A DNA stretch of 64,000 bases from Mantamonas sphyraenae STR306 (Eukaryota; Protista; CRuMs), in assembly GCA_026936335.1 (NCBI GenBank), contig JAPMXV010000014.1, positions 36,708 to 100,707 of the forward strand. Reading direction: 5' to 3'. The notes beneath the pieces were generated by a model. It made no database searches, was not told the origin of the DNA, and was given only the letters and a program-made list of their open reading frames with translations. How positions within the stretch are numbered: the first letter of the stretch is position 1; every line of letters starts with the position of its first letter. Of the stretch, positions 1 to 12,320 are shown piece by piece. Position numbers and translations under genes: made by a program.

Positions 1-10
1 TCGTGTGAGG

Positions 11-1479
11 ATGCCATCCATGGACGAAGACCGTATGTCGACACAGTCGGACGACACGGTGGTGACCACGGTGCACATGTCCAGCGACGGTGAGGACGAC
101 GGGGACGAGCTTCGCTCCAATGACTCACCAGCCTCGGTGATCATTCGCGACGACTCTGTCCAGGATAGACCAGAAGCCGACATTGTCCATGTCCCCACTA
201 CGTTGCCTGACGCGAACGAAGAGCCGGAGAAGCAGGAGAGGGAGACGAGCATGGACAACGATGGGGATGGCGCCGAAAACAGGCACAGGAGGACAACAAC
301 GAGAGTGAAGAGCCATCCCAGAGTGTACAAAAGGTTGCCAACGGCGAAGCAGCGTCCATTGAAGAAGCGAACGCGAATGACGATACCAAGGAGACGCCGC
401 CTGCCACAGCAGACAAAGAAGCGCAAGAACAGCGACCCGGAGCCCCAACGACCCAGGAAGGTTCCACGGACGACATCGACAATTCTGCGGAGCAAAAGGA
501 AGCAACGAGCACACAAAAGTCACGGGAGAAACCTGTGTTGAGTGTGGATGTGCAGGTGACGAAACAGCCGACGGTTCCTCACTCACCGCCAAAAGGGACG
601 CCCAACCGTTCGCCGCGTGCTGCACGAGCAGTGCCAAAGCGACGTATCAAGTCCAAAGGCCTGCTGTTGGCGACGCCCGAAGGTCGCAGCATTCGCGTGC
701 GTACAAAGACGCCGCCTGAGAAGATGTTTGCATCAGTGTCGCCCAAGTCGGAGAAGCGCGACGTGTTTCTGAAATCGCTGGACGAACTGGACATGGAAGA
801 GAAGGAAGAGCGGGCCAAGCAAGCTCTGTTGGAGCAAGACATGCAAGTATCGCAACGGCAGCAGGAGATGCGGGAACAGATCGCCCAGCAGGACGAACGG
901 GCACTGCAGCAACGGCGCATGGAACTGTCTCTGAAGCAAGCAGATGTAGAGTCACACATGCACGTGGAAGCAAAGACCGACGTGCATCAAACACAGCAGA
1001 CGGTGGGACGAGGAGACGGGCAGGAGGAGAGGGAAGCGCAGATGCAACCGACGATTGCTGTCAGCGTGTCTGTACGTGGCAAAAAGGCACCCATGGCGCA
1101 GAGCGGAGGTGGCAGTGGCAGTGGTGGCAGCAGCAGCAGTGCGTCCGCACAGAAGCATCTGGACGAGCAACACAAGTACCGGCGCGTGATGTTGCCGGCA
1201 CAGCGCGGCCTGACGTTTCTGCAGCAGCCCCCGCCACTGAAAGACGACATGGAGGCCATGGGAGTGTCATCACAGGTGTTGGCACTGTTGGACAAGCTGA
1301 AGGAGCCTGTACGACCGCCACGGTCGCTGGAGAAGATGAAAAAGATGCAACGGGCGACAACGGAAGCCATGAACCGCAGCATGGGTGCAAAGGGCAACGA
1401 TACCAGCCCCGAGATTGACTGGGAGGCGTTGCAGGCCAAGCGTGCGGCCAAGACGACTGGAAGGCGACTTGCACTGTGA
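11..1479 (+). CDS. Hypothetical low-complexity/coiled-coil protein; probably one gene split by a 1-bp frameshift at ~276-279
   Basis: The frame-2 ORF from ATG 11 reads as acidic protein up to DGDGAE. The same composition then continues in frame 1 (KQAQEDNNESEEPS...) into ORF 535-1479. The switch falls in an A4 run. AATGAA follows the stop. Confidence 0.5.
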
Positions 1480-1532
1480 GTTGGGGTGACGGCGAAATGA
1501 AGCGTTTGCAGAGCCAACGAAACCACATCAAC

Positions 1533-3406
1533 ATGTCAGAGACTGTCGCCCAGCAGCTGGTGGACCTGCCAGCTACTGAAGATTTGGTGGCATACTACCG
1601 GTCGCACATTGGTAGGTGTTGGAAAAGTTGACGAGGTGGGAAAGAAATGACGAGGACGGAGTCGCAGCGCCGAGCGGGGATGTCCAAGGCGTACAGCACA
1701 CAGAGTGGGTGGACCTGCGCATGCTCTGTGATGTTACTTTTCCCGCACAAGCAATGGCAGAGGGCGTGGCGGTGTGACATAGGCCGGCGGAGGCAAAGGA
1801 GCAAGGGCGCCAACGTTCAAAATGTTGACACAAGGGCACACGACACACAGGCAAACTGGAGAAGGAGAGGGAAGACTTTCTGTACAAATTCGAGGCTCTG
1901 GAGATGTCACCGTCCGAGTACCATCACTTGCGGTGGCAGCTGAAGCAGACGGAGAGCGAGCTGCAGGACATCCGCAAGCAGAATGAGAAATTCAGGCTGG
2001 AGCTGCTGGAAGAGAAGGAGAAGCGTCTGGCGTTTGAAGACGAAAACAGGCGACTGAAGATTGGAGAGTTGGAAGACCGCAGGCGCATCCGGGACCTGGT
2101 GGAGATGACACAGCCTGTGCAGGAGGAGGTGACGTACTTCCGAGACGGCAAGCCCGTACACATTGGGCGAGGCCCCAACGCAAACAGCACCAACCCTGTG
2201 TCGGTGCCGGTCACACTGAATCTGCCCAGCGAAACGTTTGACGAGATGCGACGCAGCATGGGCGAGCGTACGGGCGACATTCCTGATGTCAGCTACGGAA
2301 GTGGCACGGAACACATGTCCGGGACAGATGAGGACACGGGAAACGCGTCGTCGTCGTCTTCCTCGTCGGCTTCTTCGTCGGCTTCTTCTTCGGCGGCGGG
2401 TGTTGGAGGATCGGGCGAGGACGGGATGGCTGGCGTGCACCAAAACGAGCAACTACGAGCACAGAACGAGAGCCTGCAACTGGAACTGGCAGCACTCAAA
2501 GCACAAATGGAGGAGCGAGAGGCGCTGAACATCGAAAAGGTGGCGACGCTGAGCGAAGCGCTGCGAGAGCGGGAGGAGGCGGAGGACGAAGCGCACCGAA
2601 GGGCGCACGAACGCATCCAGGAGCTGGAGGACAAAGTGGCGCAGCTGCAACTGCTGATGCGCAACAATGTGCGAGAGTACATCAGTGTGAAGCACACGGC
2701 GGGCAAGGAGAACAGGGAGATCAGTGAGCAGAACGAAAAGCTGCGCACAGAAAACATCATGCTGAAGCGTCAAAACGGCGAGTTGCAGTCGCGTCTGGAG
2801 CTGGAGGTGCGCATGGTACGAGAAAAGGTGTCGGAGGAGCTGGAGAGCTACAAAGACAAGTTCCGAGAGCAGACGCTGGCGGCGGAGGAGCAAGTGTTCT
2901 TGCTGAAGGAACGACACGAGGAAGCGGAAGCGGAAGCCACGGAGCAGGTGAAGAAGCTGACAAGCAAGATGCAGGACCTGCACACACGCACGCTGAAGCT
3001 GGAGCGACGCCGCAAGCTGGAGCGAGAGGGGTACGAGTCTGAGATTGCCATTCTGAAGGGCTATCTGGCTCGGATGGAGCAACAGATGGAAAAGATGGTG
3101 CTGATGGAGATGCAAGCAGAGATGGAACAGTACCCGGAGATTGAGCCGATGAAGCTTGCGCAGATGCCCAAAGTACGTGTGCATCTGGGCAACAGCAACG
3201 GGTCGACGCAGAACACGGGGATGCACGAGTTGCGGCGAGGCAAGTTCCACGGCGACAGCAGCAACAGTGGGAAACCCACAAAGGCAAGCAGCAGCAGCTC
3301 ACGACGAAGCAGAAAGTCAACGAGTCGCACACGGGAGACCAGCGGCGGAAAGAAGCGCCCGGCCAAACAGGCGTGGACGAGCACCACAAGCTCGTCGAGG
3401 CGGTGA
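1533..3406 (+). CDS. CCDC77: CCDC77-like coiled-coil protein (2 exons: 1533-1611, 1851-3406)
   Basis: Exon 1 (MSETVAQQLVDLPATEDLVAYYRSHI) joins ORF 1904-3406 in frame across a GTAGG...CACAG intron. Motifs HHLRWQLKQTESELQ, ENRRLKIGELEDRRRI and LERRRKLEREGY match this family from recall. Confidence 0.7.
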
Positions 3407-3479
3407 AGGGTGTGCCGAGGGATTCAGGAATGGAAACACACAGTGACGCACATTGCATTGGTTGTCAATCTTCGGTGCG

Positions 3480-4564
3480 TCAGCAAAACACCTTGACGAC
3501 ATCGGTGAGGGTGATGACACCCAGGACTTGGAGGGACTGCGGATCGTCAACGACGTAGAAGCGGTGCAGCTTGGTTACGGCAAACTTGAGAAGGATGTGC
3601 TCAAAGGTGTAGTGAGGCAGAACATATACAGGCAATTTGTCGCCAGATGGGTTCCAATAGTCGCCGCAGGAGTCCAGGAGGCTGCCGAGGGTATGGACGG
3701 TGAGGCCCCTCAAGTCGGACACAGACAAGTTGCCCACGAGCTGGCCGTCGTCGTTGCAGATGGGCACGCCGTTGACCCCTTTGGCCAACACATTGGAGAG
3801 AACCTCGTGCACGGAGTCGGACTCTGCAGAGACAGCGGCGGGCGGTGGGAGGGAGGAAAAGGAGACGGTGTCAGTGAGCCTGGCGGGTGGCTGGGCGGAG
3901 GTTCTTCGCACTGACCTTGTGCGACGACGACATCCCCCCAGAAGCCGAGCTCCAGCTCCTGGATGGTTTTCGAAGCAATGGGGTGGACGCCCAGGCGAAA
4001 GATGTTTTGAACAAGAAAGGCAATGATGGTGGACTGGGAAAGAATGCCCGAAATGGAGTTGGTGCCTGGCTCAACGACGGCGACGCGATAGACGCCCTTG
4101 GCAAAGTGCTCGCTGAGGACAGCAAACAACGATTCGCTGTTGTCCACTTGGATGTATGGGTTGCGCTTGCTGATGTCGATGAGCTTGGTGCAGGGTTGCT
4201 CCGTAAAGACAAGCCCCAGGAACTCGCTGATATCTGCATCCAGCAGCTCGTTGGGCTCGGCAATGACGGACAGGGCAAGGACAACGACATCGAGCATGTC
4301 GCAGAAGCCCAGCACGCCATCCTTGTCGTCAATCACTGGAGCAGAGAGGATTTGCATCTCGTTGAGGGTTTGCATCACCTCGCCCACCGTCTGCTCGCTT
4401 TTGAACGACACCAGTTCCTTGTTCTTTGTGTCCTGGATAATCTGGCCCACTGTGGTTGTCTGCAGGATGTTTGCCAGTGGGTCCAGATGTGGTGGCGGCG
4501 TTGTGACGCGTGACATGCTCGATGGACTTTTTGTTGGGCTCCGTGGTGTCGTCGCAGATGCCAC
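3480..4564 (-). CDS. CBS-domain protein (SDS23/AMPK-gamma-like), one intron at ~3825-3915
   Basis: Repeated CBS motifs (ILSAPVID..GFCDMLDVV, VYRVAVVE..GILSQS, GVPICNDDGQLVGNLSVSDLR, LHRFYVVD..GVITLTDVV) are spread over two ORFs joined by a GTCAG...CTGCAG intron. Confidence 0.8.
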
Positions 4565-4695
4565 GCTGGCCTCACATGTTCCTCAATGGACCCAGTTTGG
4601 GCGTGTTTCACGGTAGATGGTGAATAGGCTGCCCAAACAAAATGGAAGAGCAAGGCGAAGCGCGGCCGTCGCCAAGTCAAACCGGTGCAACTGAC

Positions 4696-6041
4696 ATGAC
4701 AAAGCGATTCGCGAGTGCAATCAAGGGATGGGTACTGTGTACATTTGTGGTCGTGTTGTGGTGCACCATGTGTGCTGAGGGAGCGAGGTGGGGCGGCGGG
4801 GAGGAACACACCAAGGTGAAGCTGCGCGACGTGCAAGCCTTGACGTTGCGCAAGGGGGAAATGACGACCCATCGACGGGTGTCTGCTGTGCCTCAGGTAC
4901 GTGGCCGTGTATGACACTGACCCTAAAGGCGGATGCGCGGAACTCGCGCTGTGCGTTTCCGCCCATTCTCCTTCTTGACGTCATTTGTGCTGGGACCCCA
5001 ACGTCCGCTGACGAACGACACATCACTCTCTTTCTCTCTCTCTCTCTCTCACAGTTGAAGCGTGTGGGAGGTAGTGCGCCACGTGGGATGGAACCGGATG
5101 TGGTGCAGTGCGTCAACGTGGGCAGCGACGGGACGACCGTGCAGTGGCGATGTGAAGCAGACCTTCCCAAGGGCATCCGCTTCGGTTTCACCAACGTCAT
5201 CTGCGAAGGGTGGAAGAACAGACACGACAAAAACATTCTGGCCGGCTCATGTGGATTGGAGTACAGCCTGGAGCGCACGAGTGCGTACGACCGCAACCAC
5301 CACAGCAGTGGCCAAACACAGCATAGCCAACACGAACACAGCTATGGCCACGAGGACGCAAGCCACCAACATCGCCAGGGAAGGCGCCACCACTTTAGCG
5401 ACGTGACGGTGGACCGAGGCGAGGACGCAGCCAGCACCACGGGTGGAAGCTGGTTCTCCACTCTCTTTGTGTTTGGCCTTGTCTTTGCCTGCTGGTCGTG
5501 CTGCTGCAAACCCTCGAGCACAGCACAGACGGCGACGACAGGAACACAGCCAGGCGCAGGGTTACAACGTGCCTCGTGGCGCCCAGGGCGACCGTATGCC
5601 TCCTCCAGGGCCGCGTCGCGACGAGCCGGCCTTTCGCAGCAGCAACAACCACGATGGAAGCTCGTTTGGAAGCCCTCCCCAAGGCAAGCAGCAGAACAGC
5701 TTTGGAAGCAGTGGAAGCAACACACAAAGCAGCGACAGTGGAGGACACTCCTGGACCACCACAGCAGGCATTGCCGCAGCCTCGGCGGCCGCCGGATACT
5801 ACGCAGGACGCAACAGTGGAGGAACCACACCCACACACAACACACCACCAGTGGCAACACATCATCATCATCATCATGGGGACAGCACGACAGCAACACC
5901 ACGTCGCAGAGGCAACGTTGGAGGGACCGTTCGCCCTCGCCACCACGAAGCTACGGCAACTACACACGCAGGGACAGCAGCAGCGGCAGTGATGACGACA
6001 CGTATCGGGCCACAACCTACGCTTCGACATCGACGCGGTGA
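4696..6041 (+). CDS. SARAF: SARAF/TMEM66-like protein (intron 4897-5054; two apparent compensating frameshifts in the 3' part)
   Basis: Signal peptide, KVKLRDVQALTLRKGEMTTHRRVSAVPQL, VVQCVNVGSDG..VQWRCEADLP, ICEGW..ILAGSCGLEYSL, a TM segment and a C-terminal TTYASTSTR. Confidence 0.85.
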
Positions 6042-6070
6042 GAAACAACCCAAACCAAAAAGGCCCTGCC

Positions 6071-9000
6071 ATGTCCTTGTCATCCGTGCGGTTGCAAACA
6101 TTGGAGCGGGAGCTGCAGGAGATGCGTGGCGAGCTGCATTCACAAAAGCAGCGGCTGCGACTCACCACCATCTTGCTCATGTTGGCTCTGTTTGTGCCCT
6201 GGCTGAGCCCCTGGTTTGCCACCACACCTGTAGTGCGCACCAAACGCCTCGAGCTTGTGGACGACAACGGAGTCATCCGTATGGAGGCAACAGTGGACGA
6301 CAAACACCGAGCGTACGTGACCCCTTCCCATGTGTCTTGTGTGCATCCTCCCGTGCCTTTCCTTTCTCCTGAGTGCCCCTGCCTCGCGCTGTGCCCCGTC
6401 TCGTGTCTGCCCGCGCGCGCTGACGTTGAAATCCTTCCGGCGCCCTTTGCGCAGCGCGTGGCGCCTGCTCTCCGAAACCGGCGTGGCGTCGATGAGCCAC
6501 GTCGGCACTGCAGACGGACGCAAGGTGAGCACAGAGATCCGCGACGCCAAGAATGTGGTGCGATTGCGGCACACTGTGGCGGACCAGAAGCTGGGTGGCG
6601 TGAACAGCGAGCTTCTCGCCAGCGACGGCTCCATCCGCGCCTCTGTCAACTTGCAGAACGACCAGTCGGGATCCATTGCGTTGGCAGATACCAATGCAGT
6701 GCCCCGCGTGCTTGCCACTGCTGCCTACTCTCGTGTGCATCTGCTGGACGGCGAGGGAGTGCCCCGTGTGCAACTCAAGGCCTCCTCCTCTGATGCAGAG
6801 GTGGGTCTCCATGTCAACACGGACAAGGGAACCACGGGTGCTTCTCTCATTGTGGAGAATGACCCCAGTCTGCCCCAGCTGCGTCTGTCGTATACAGACC
6901 CGCGCAAAATGCGACACCGCCAGCATCGTTCGCACCTGCGCCGTCTGCGCCGCCGTGGCATTCCGCATCTCACTGGCCGCGTACAGCTCAACAAGATCCT
7001 GGAGCCGTGGCGAAACCCCATCCAACTGCCTGTTGCAGCACAGCTGGGTCTGCAGGCGTTGATGCAAGCTGACTCGCAGAACCATCCCGACGAGGCACAC
7101 CCGTTCTTTACCCTTTTCAACACACGCAACAAGCCAGCCCTGGCCATGCAATTGGGCCACAACTCCAACCCCAAGATGATGGCGTGGGATCTGCTGGAAA
7201 AGGAGTACAAGGTCGTGGAGGCCTCTGTGAGCGATGAACAGGCCGCAAAGGTGACCCTTGCTCCATCACCGCCTGCTCGTCCGCCCCAAATCGAAGTATG
7301 TGACTTTGAGAGCGTCCAGGTCACGGTCAACTCGGAGTACGAGACCACAGACGGCAAGACGGCCGATTGGCTTGCTGATCGCTGGTCTCCCAAGGTGCGC
7401 AACGCCACAGGACAGCTGCCGCCGTTGGAGCCAGTGATCATTGTGCCTGGCATGTTTGCAAGTGTGCTGACGGCCAAGAAGTTGGCGACCGAAAACACTC
7501 AGTCGCCTCTGGAAAGCAAGGAGTGCTACTTTGGCGACGCCAAGGACTACGAGGTGTTCTTCATGGCACCCCGCTATGCTCTGCACACAGAAAAGTGGGA
7601 CGAGCTGTACGCCATGGCGGAGCTGACTCCCGAGTTTTACACGCACGAAGAGACGGGCGAGAAGCGCGTGCACTTTCGCGATGCCGCAGGCAACAAGGTG
7701 TGCCCGCACGACTTTGGCGGTGTCAAGGGTATCGATTACCTGGCGCGATCGTACTTGGACTGGGATGCCCATTGGCTGGAATTTCTAGTGCGTCTGTGGC
7801 CCTACCAGGACAAGCTGACGGCTGTGCAGTACGAGTACTCGGGACGGCTCATGGACGCCAACATGGACGTGAACCGCACGGCCAAGGCGGGCGGAGGCAG
7901 CGAATGGGTGGCGGGTGACAAGTATGCCCAGTTGATTGGGTACCTGGTCAAGGCGGGCTACAAGGTGGGCAAAAACCTGTTTGGAGCACCGTACGACTGG
8001 CGCAAGCCCATTTCGGACCAGGAGGACTACCGCAAGGCACTGCGGGCGTTGATTGAAAAGGCAAGCGCCCTGAACGGAGGAAGCAAGGTGCAGGTGATTG
8101 CACACTCAATGGGCAACTACCAATTCCTCAAGTTCCAGCAGTGGATGGAGGAAAAGCAGACCGGGGGCACAGAGTGGCTGGACACACACGTGAGCAAGTA
8201 TGTAAGCGTCAATGCGCCGTTTCTGGGAGCACCTCAGGCGCTGCGCACTTTGATTTCGGGCGGCCTGATGAGCAGTGCCCCGTGGCCTCGTGAAGGCCTG
8301 TACAAAATGGTGCGCTCCATGGGCGGCCTGTACTCCATGCTGCCGTCAGAAAACTACACACGGGTGGTGGAACAGCTGCCAGACCGCTCGGTGACCGACC
8401 CGACGTGGGTGAACATCACCGAGCCCAGGGCGGCGCCGTTTGTGATCTTTGATGATTGCTCAGATGTGTCGGACACGCATCCGGATTGTGTGGCGTCACA
8501 GAGCTGGGACAAACAGCTTCGAAACCGCACGTTTGACTCGTCGCAGGTCTCCGAGCTGTTCCGCTTCCTGGGACGCGATGACATGGGCGAGATTGTGGAG
8601 GCGATGCATCATGACCGAGAAATCGTCGAGGCGTACCAGCCACGCGTGCCCACGTACTGCCTTTTTGCACACGGTTCGCCCACCGAGTTTGGCATGCGCT
8701 ACCGCGGCGTGCCTGTGGAGGGGGTGTCACGCACGGGTCCTCTCGAACAGGAACCCGAATTTGGGTTTGGCTGTACGGATGGCGACGGCCTGCTGAGCAC
8801 CAACAGCATGCGCTACTGCGAAAACTGGAAGTCACTTGTGTTCAGCCTGCCCTTTGACAAGCGAGGCCACAGCAGCATGCTGAAGGATGCGGTAGCGCTG
8901 GACGAAATCCTGACGATTCTGACCAACGACACGACGCGCGCACGCGACGTACCTCGCAAGCCTTTCTTTTTCCCCACGCAGCGTACTGTGCCGCGCCATG

Positions 9001-9215
9001 CCCAGAGCATCATCCAGAAGAAGCTGTGTGTTGCCCTGCGTCAGCACGCAAACATGGGCCAGTCGTACCGCCAAGCGTGCAACGACATCGACGCAGCAGG
9101 CTCACTGCTGTCCCAATTCGACGTCAAGTTTCAGATCCAGCGCAGCGAGTTGTTGGACATGTGCATGGAGCTGGGCCGGGGCGATGGATGTGCTGGAGGC
9201 GACAAGGAGGAGTAA
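6071..9215 (+). CDS. Membrane-anchored LCAT/PLA2G15-family lipase/acyltransferase with an N-terminal beta-repeat region (intron 6313-6454)
   Basis: PVIIVPGMFASVL, NLFGAPYDWR, nucleophile VIAHSMG, DGDGLLS and GHSSML. The phase-2 GTACG...GCAG intron joins an N-terminal TM-encoding exon in frame. Confidence 0.85.
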
Positions 9216-9384
9216 ATGCGGGCAAATGCCAAATGGAGACCGATGTCCAGGTCACACACACACGCACACACACACGCACACACACGTGGGGCTGAGTGGA
9301 AGGATGGATCGGATGGTGTCCAAAGGGGCAACCCGGCCCAGCACGGTCCAAAACATCCGCAGCAAAAGGCATCTCGAGTCCACC

Positions 9385-12195
9385 ATGAGCACGGCCGATC
9401 CTGTCAGTGACGGGACCGGGTTTAACCTGGGCAGCGATGTGTTTGGGCTGGCGTGGATGTTCTGTGGCGAGGACCTGCAAACGTTTCTGGAGATGCAAAC
9501 GGAGTTTCTGGGCCAGCTGGAATTGGAGCAGGACACTGTGCAGGCAGACTTCCTGCCCATCCTGCTGGAGTGTCTGCAGAAGTTGACAGCAAGTTTGGCA
9601 CTGACCAACTTCCAACTGGGCACGAGCAAACGGGGCAGGAAGCAAGCGGTGCAGCAGCAGTCCGATTCGTGGACCCGCGGCGTAGCCGAACAGGTGGGAT
9701 CTGACCTACGCAAAAGTGTCATGCTGCACAACGCGTCGACGACATCCGGCCCCGGTGACGCAAATGGGAACCTTGCAAGCGAGAAGCTGGGCCGCACGCG
9801 GGCAGAGAGCATTCATTGGCTCAACAACGCGTTGTCCGATTTGGTGGCCAGCGGCGAACTGTCCACAGAGATGCCTGTGCGCCCTGTGGTGAGCATGGCA
9901 GACTTTGACGACGATCTGGAAGGTGTGGAGGAAACGGCAGAGGAGAGGGAGGAGAAGGATGCCGCGGACGGGGCTGAAGAAGGCGAGGAGAAGGATGAGG
10001 GCGAGGGCGACACGACGGCCTCCCGGGACGGTGGGACGAACCTGCGCCAAAACAGCCCCTACAAGGAACGGCCAGACGACGCAGAGTATGTACAGAAGCG
10101 CATGACCATGAAGAAGAACCCGCACAATGTGCCTACGATGCGCAGTCCGCTGACAAAGTTCAAGGTAAGTTTGTGGTTTTGCATCCGTTTGTGGACTCGC
10201 GCGCGTCGCGCAACCGCAGGAAAGGAAAGCAGGACAATTGGGATGCACCAAAGCGGGAGGACAGTGCTGACACAGGTGGGCACCGGGGTGTTGCACACAG
10301 TCAAAGGAAGTCAATATGCGCCTGTGGTGCGTGGAGACGTGGATCCACAAAGTTGCGTGGCGATGGGCCAGGGAGTGAACACGTCGGAGGTGCTTGTGGC
10401 CAACAAGCTGCTGCGATTCAACATTCAAGCAAAGGACAAGCAGGGGGTGCGGTTGCGCGAAGGGGGACATGCATTTCACGTGCAGATCACCCCGCTGGAA
10501 GACAAGGCGTTGTGGACACGCAACGACTTTGTGCCCAGCGAGATAGTGTCCCCACTGGACGAGGAGGACACCGGTGAGGATGTGCGCGTGAGTCATTGGA
10601 CGTCTGACGATGTGCACAACATCCATTGCTGGCTGGTGGACAGGAACACGGGCTCGTACAGGGTGATGTACTGTGTGTCGCAGATGGGACGGTACCAAGT
10701 GCACGTGAAGCTGGACGACCAGGATGTGCTGGGCTCTCCCTTTGAGGTGCGCATTGGTAGCGGCGAAGCAGCGCCAGAGAACGCAGAGATCCAGCCTTTG
10801 AGCACCAAGAACCTCTCCACGACAAATGTGGGCCACCTGACACGGCTGCTTGTGGTTGCACGTGATGGCATGGGCAACCGCATGGTCACGGGTGGGCTCA
10901 ATGTCAAGGGTGAGTTTAGTGGCCATGCACGATGCCACACGGAGGACCGGCAGGACGGAACGTACGAGGTGAGCTACACGCCGACAGCAGCAGGCGATTA
11001 CCGCCTCAAGCTGCGCATGGACAGTGTACACGTGGCAGGCAGTCCCTTCAAGGTGACGGTGTATGCAGGGCCGGCCGAGGCTGCCTTTTGCACAGCCACA
11101 GGGCCCGGGTTGACGATGGGCTCGGTCAAGTTGCGCACACGCAATCGATTCCAGATCCAGGCGAGGGACGTGTGCAACCAACGGACTTCGTTGATGCGAC
11201 ACAAGTTTGTGGTGGTGGTGAACCACGAGAATGTGGATACGGGCGAGGTGACGACGACGGAACTGGACAGCAAGAACGTGGTCAGCAAATCGGGAGGATT
11301 GATGGAAGTTAGTTGGACGCCACAATTGCCTGGCACATACAAGTTGAGCATCAAGTACGACGGCACACACATCTCGGGCTCCCCCTTTACCATTGTGCTG
11401 ATGGGTGTCACGGGGTATTACGGCATTCGGTCGGCCTCGTCGAACCGCATCGGCAGCACACGCGTGGCAAGCGTCATTGTCAGTCCCAAGAGCAAAGACA
11501 GTGGCAGCAGCAGCAGCAGCGGCGGCCGCGGCAGGGATGCAGATGGTGGACAGGGAAGCGGAGAAACACGGAAGCCCAGCGTGCTCAAGACACAGGCGCG
11601 GCAGGACAATCGCCACTCACTGCTGCGAAGCACAGCCAACGCATCGTTGAAATTGAAGAACGGCATCGAAACGAAGCGACATTCGCTGAGACCCGAAGAC
11701 TTTCTCAGTGTGACGGTCAATGGTCTCAGCGAAGACTTTGACGCCACAAAGCGGCTGTCGTTCGTGACCCAGGATCTTCTGGGACCACAGGGATCTCAGG
11801 CAGTGGAGGACGACGAGGATGACGACGAGGTCCAGCTGCAAACTCTCAACTTCATTGCCAAGAAACGCTCTGGTTTCCTGTCGCGTCGGGTGACGCGGTC
11901 GTTGGGCAAGCGCGAGTGGCGACAGTCGTTCTGGATGCTGACACGGACGACATTGTACAGCTTTGCTGGGGTGGATGACACGTTGCCACAGGCGCTGGTG
12001 TGCCTCGAACGCTGCAGCCTCAGCTACAAGGATGGCGACACGGAAAACTCCTTTGAATTGCATCTGGACAAAGGCAAAACCAAGATTCTGCTGCGTGCAG
12101 ACAAGCGCTCGGAGATGTTGGAGTGGGTGGAATGCATCCAGGAGCAGATTGACGCCCTGCGCTCGGAAGCCTTGCAAGAGCGGCTGGCCCAGTGA
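9385..12195 (+). CDS. Filamin Ig-repeat protein with C-terminal PH domain (in-frame 111-nt intron 10165-10275)
   Basis: Three filamin repeats (DRNTGSYRVMY..GSPFEV, DRQDGTYEVSYTP..GSPFKV, GLMEVSWTP..GSPFTI). PH domain KRSGFLSR..WRQSFWML..EMLEWVECIQ. Confidence 0.85.
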   Translation: MSTADPVSDGTGFNLGSDVFGLAWMFCGEDLQTFLEMQTEFLGQLELEQDTVQADFLPILLECLQKLTASLALTNFQLGTSKRGRKQAVQQQSDSWTRGVAEQVGSDLRKSVMLHNASTTSGPGDANGNLASEKLGRTRAESIHWLNNALSDLVASGELSTEMPVRPVVSMADFDDDLEGVEETAEEREEKDAADGAEEGEEKDEGEGDTTASRDGGTNLRQNSPYKERPDDAEYVQKRMTMKKNPHNVPTMRSPLTKFKVSLWFCIRLWTRARRATAGKESRTIGMHQSGRTVLTQVGTGVLHTVKGSQYAPVVRGDVDPQSCVAMGQGVNTSEVLVANKLLRFNIQAKDKQGVRLREGGHAFHVQITPLEDKALWTRNDFVPSEIVSPLDEEDTGEDVRVSHWTSDDVHNIHCWLVDRNTGSYRVMYCVSQMGRYQVHVKLDDQDVLGSPFEVRIGSGEAAPENAEIQPLSTKNLSTTNVGHLTRLLVVARDGMGNRMVTGGLNVKGEFSGHARCHTEDRQDGTYEVSYTPTAAGDYRLKLRMDSVHVAGSPFKVTVYAGPAEAAFCTATGPGLTMGSVKLRTRNRFQIQARDVCNQRTSLMRHKFVVVVNHENVDTGEVTTTELDSKNVVSKSGGLMEVSWTPQLPGTYKLSIKYDGTHISGSPFTIVLMGVTGYYGIRSASSNRIGSTRVASVIVSPKSKDSGSSSSSGGRGRDADGGQGSGETRKPSVLKTQARQDNRHSLLRSTANASLKLKNGIETKRHSLRPEDFLSVTVNGLSEDFDATKRLSFVTQDLLGPQGSQAVEDDEDDDEVQLQTLNFIAKKRSGFLSRRVTRSLGKREWRQSFWMLTRTTLYSFAGVDDTLPQALVCLERCSLSYKDGDTENSFELHLDKGKTKILLRADKRSEMLEWVECIQEQIDALRSEALQERLAQ

Positions 12196-12320
12196 GCCCA
12201 GCGAGAGCATGAAAGGCGGGCAGGCAATGAACACTCAAGAAAACAAAGCGCAGATGAGCACACATGCACACTTGTGGATTCCCATCATGTGGGCGCCATC
12301 GCAGCCACCCCGAGCAAAGA

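Noticed and set aside
9250-9290. (CA)n/(CACG)n tracts here and in many introns
   Set aside because: Ordinary microsatellites common throughout the window.
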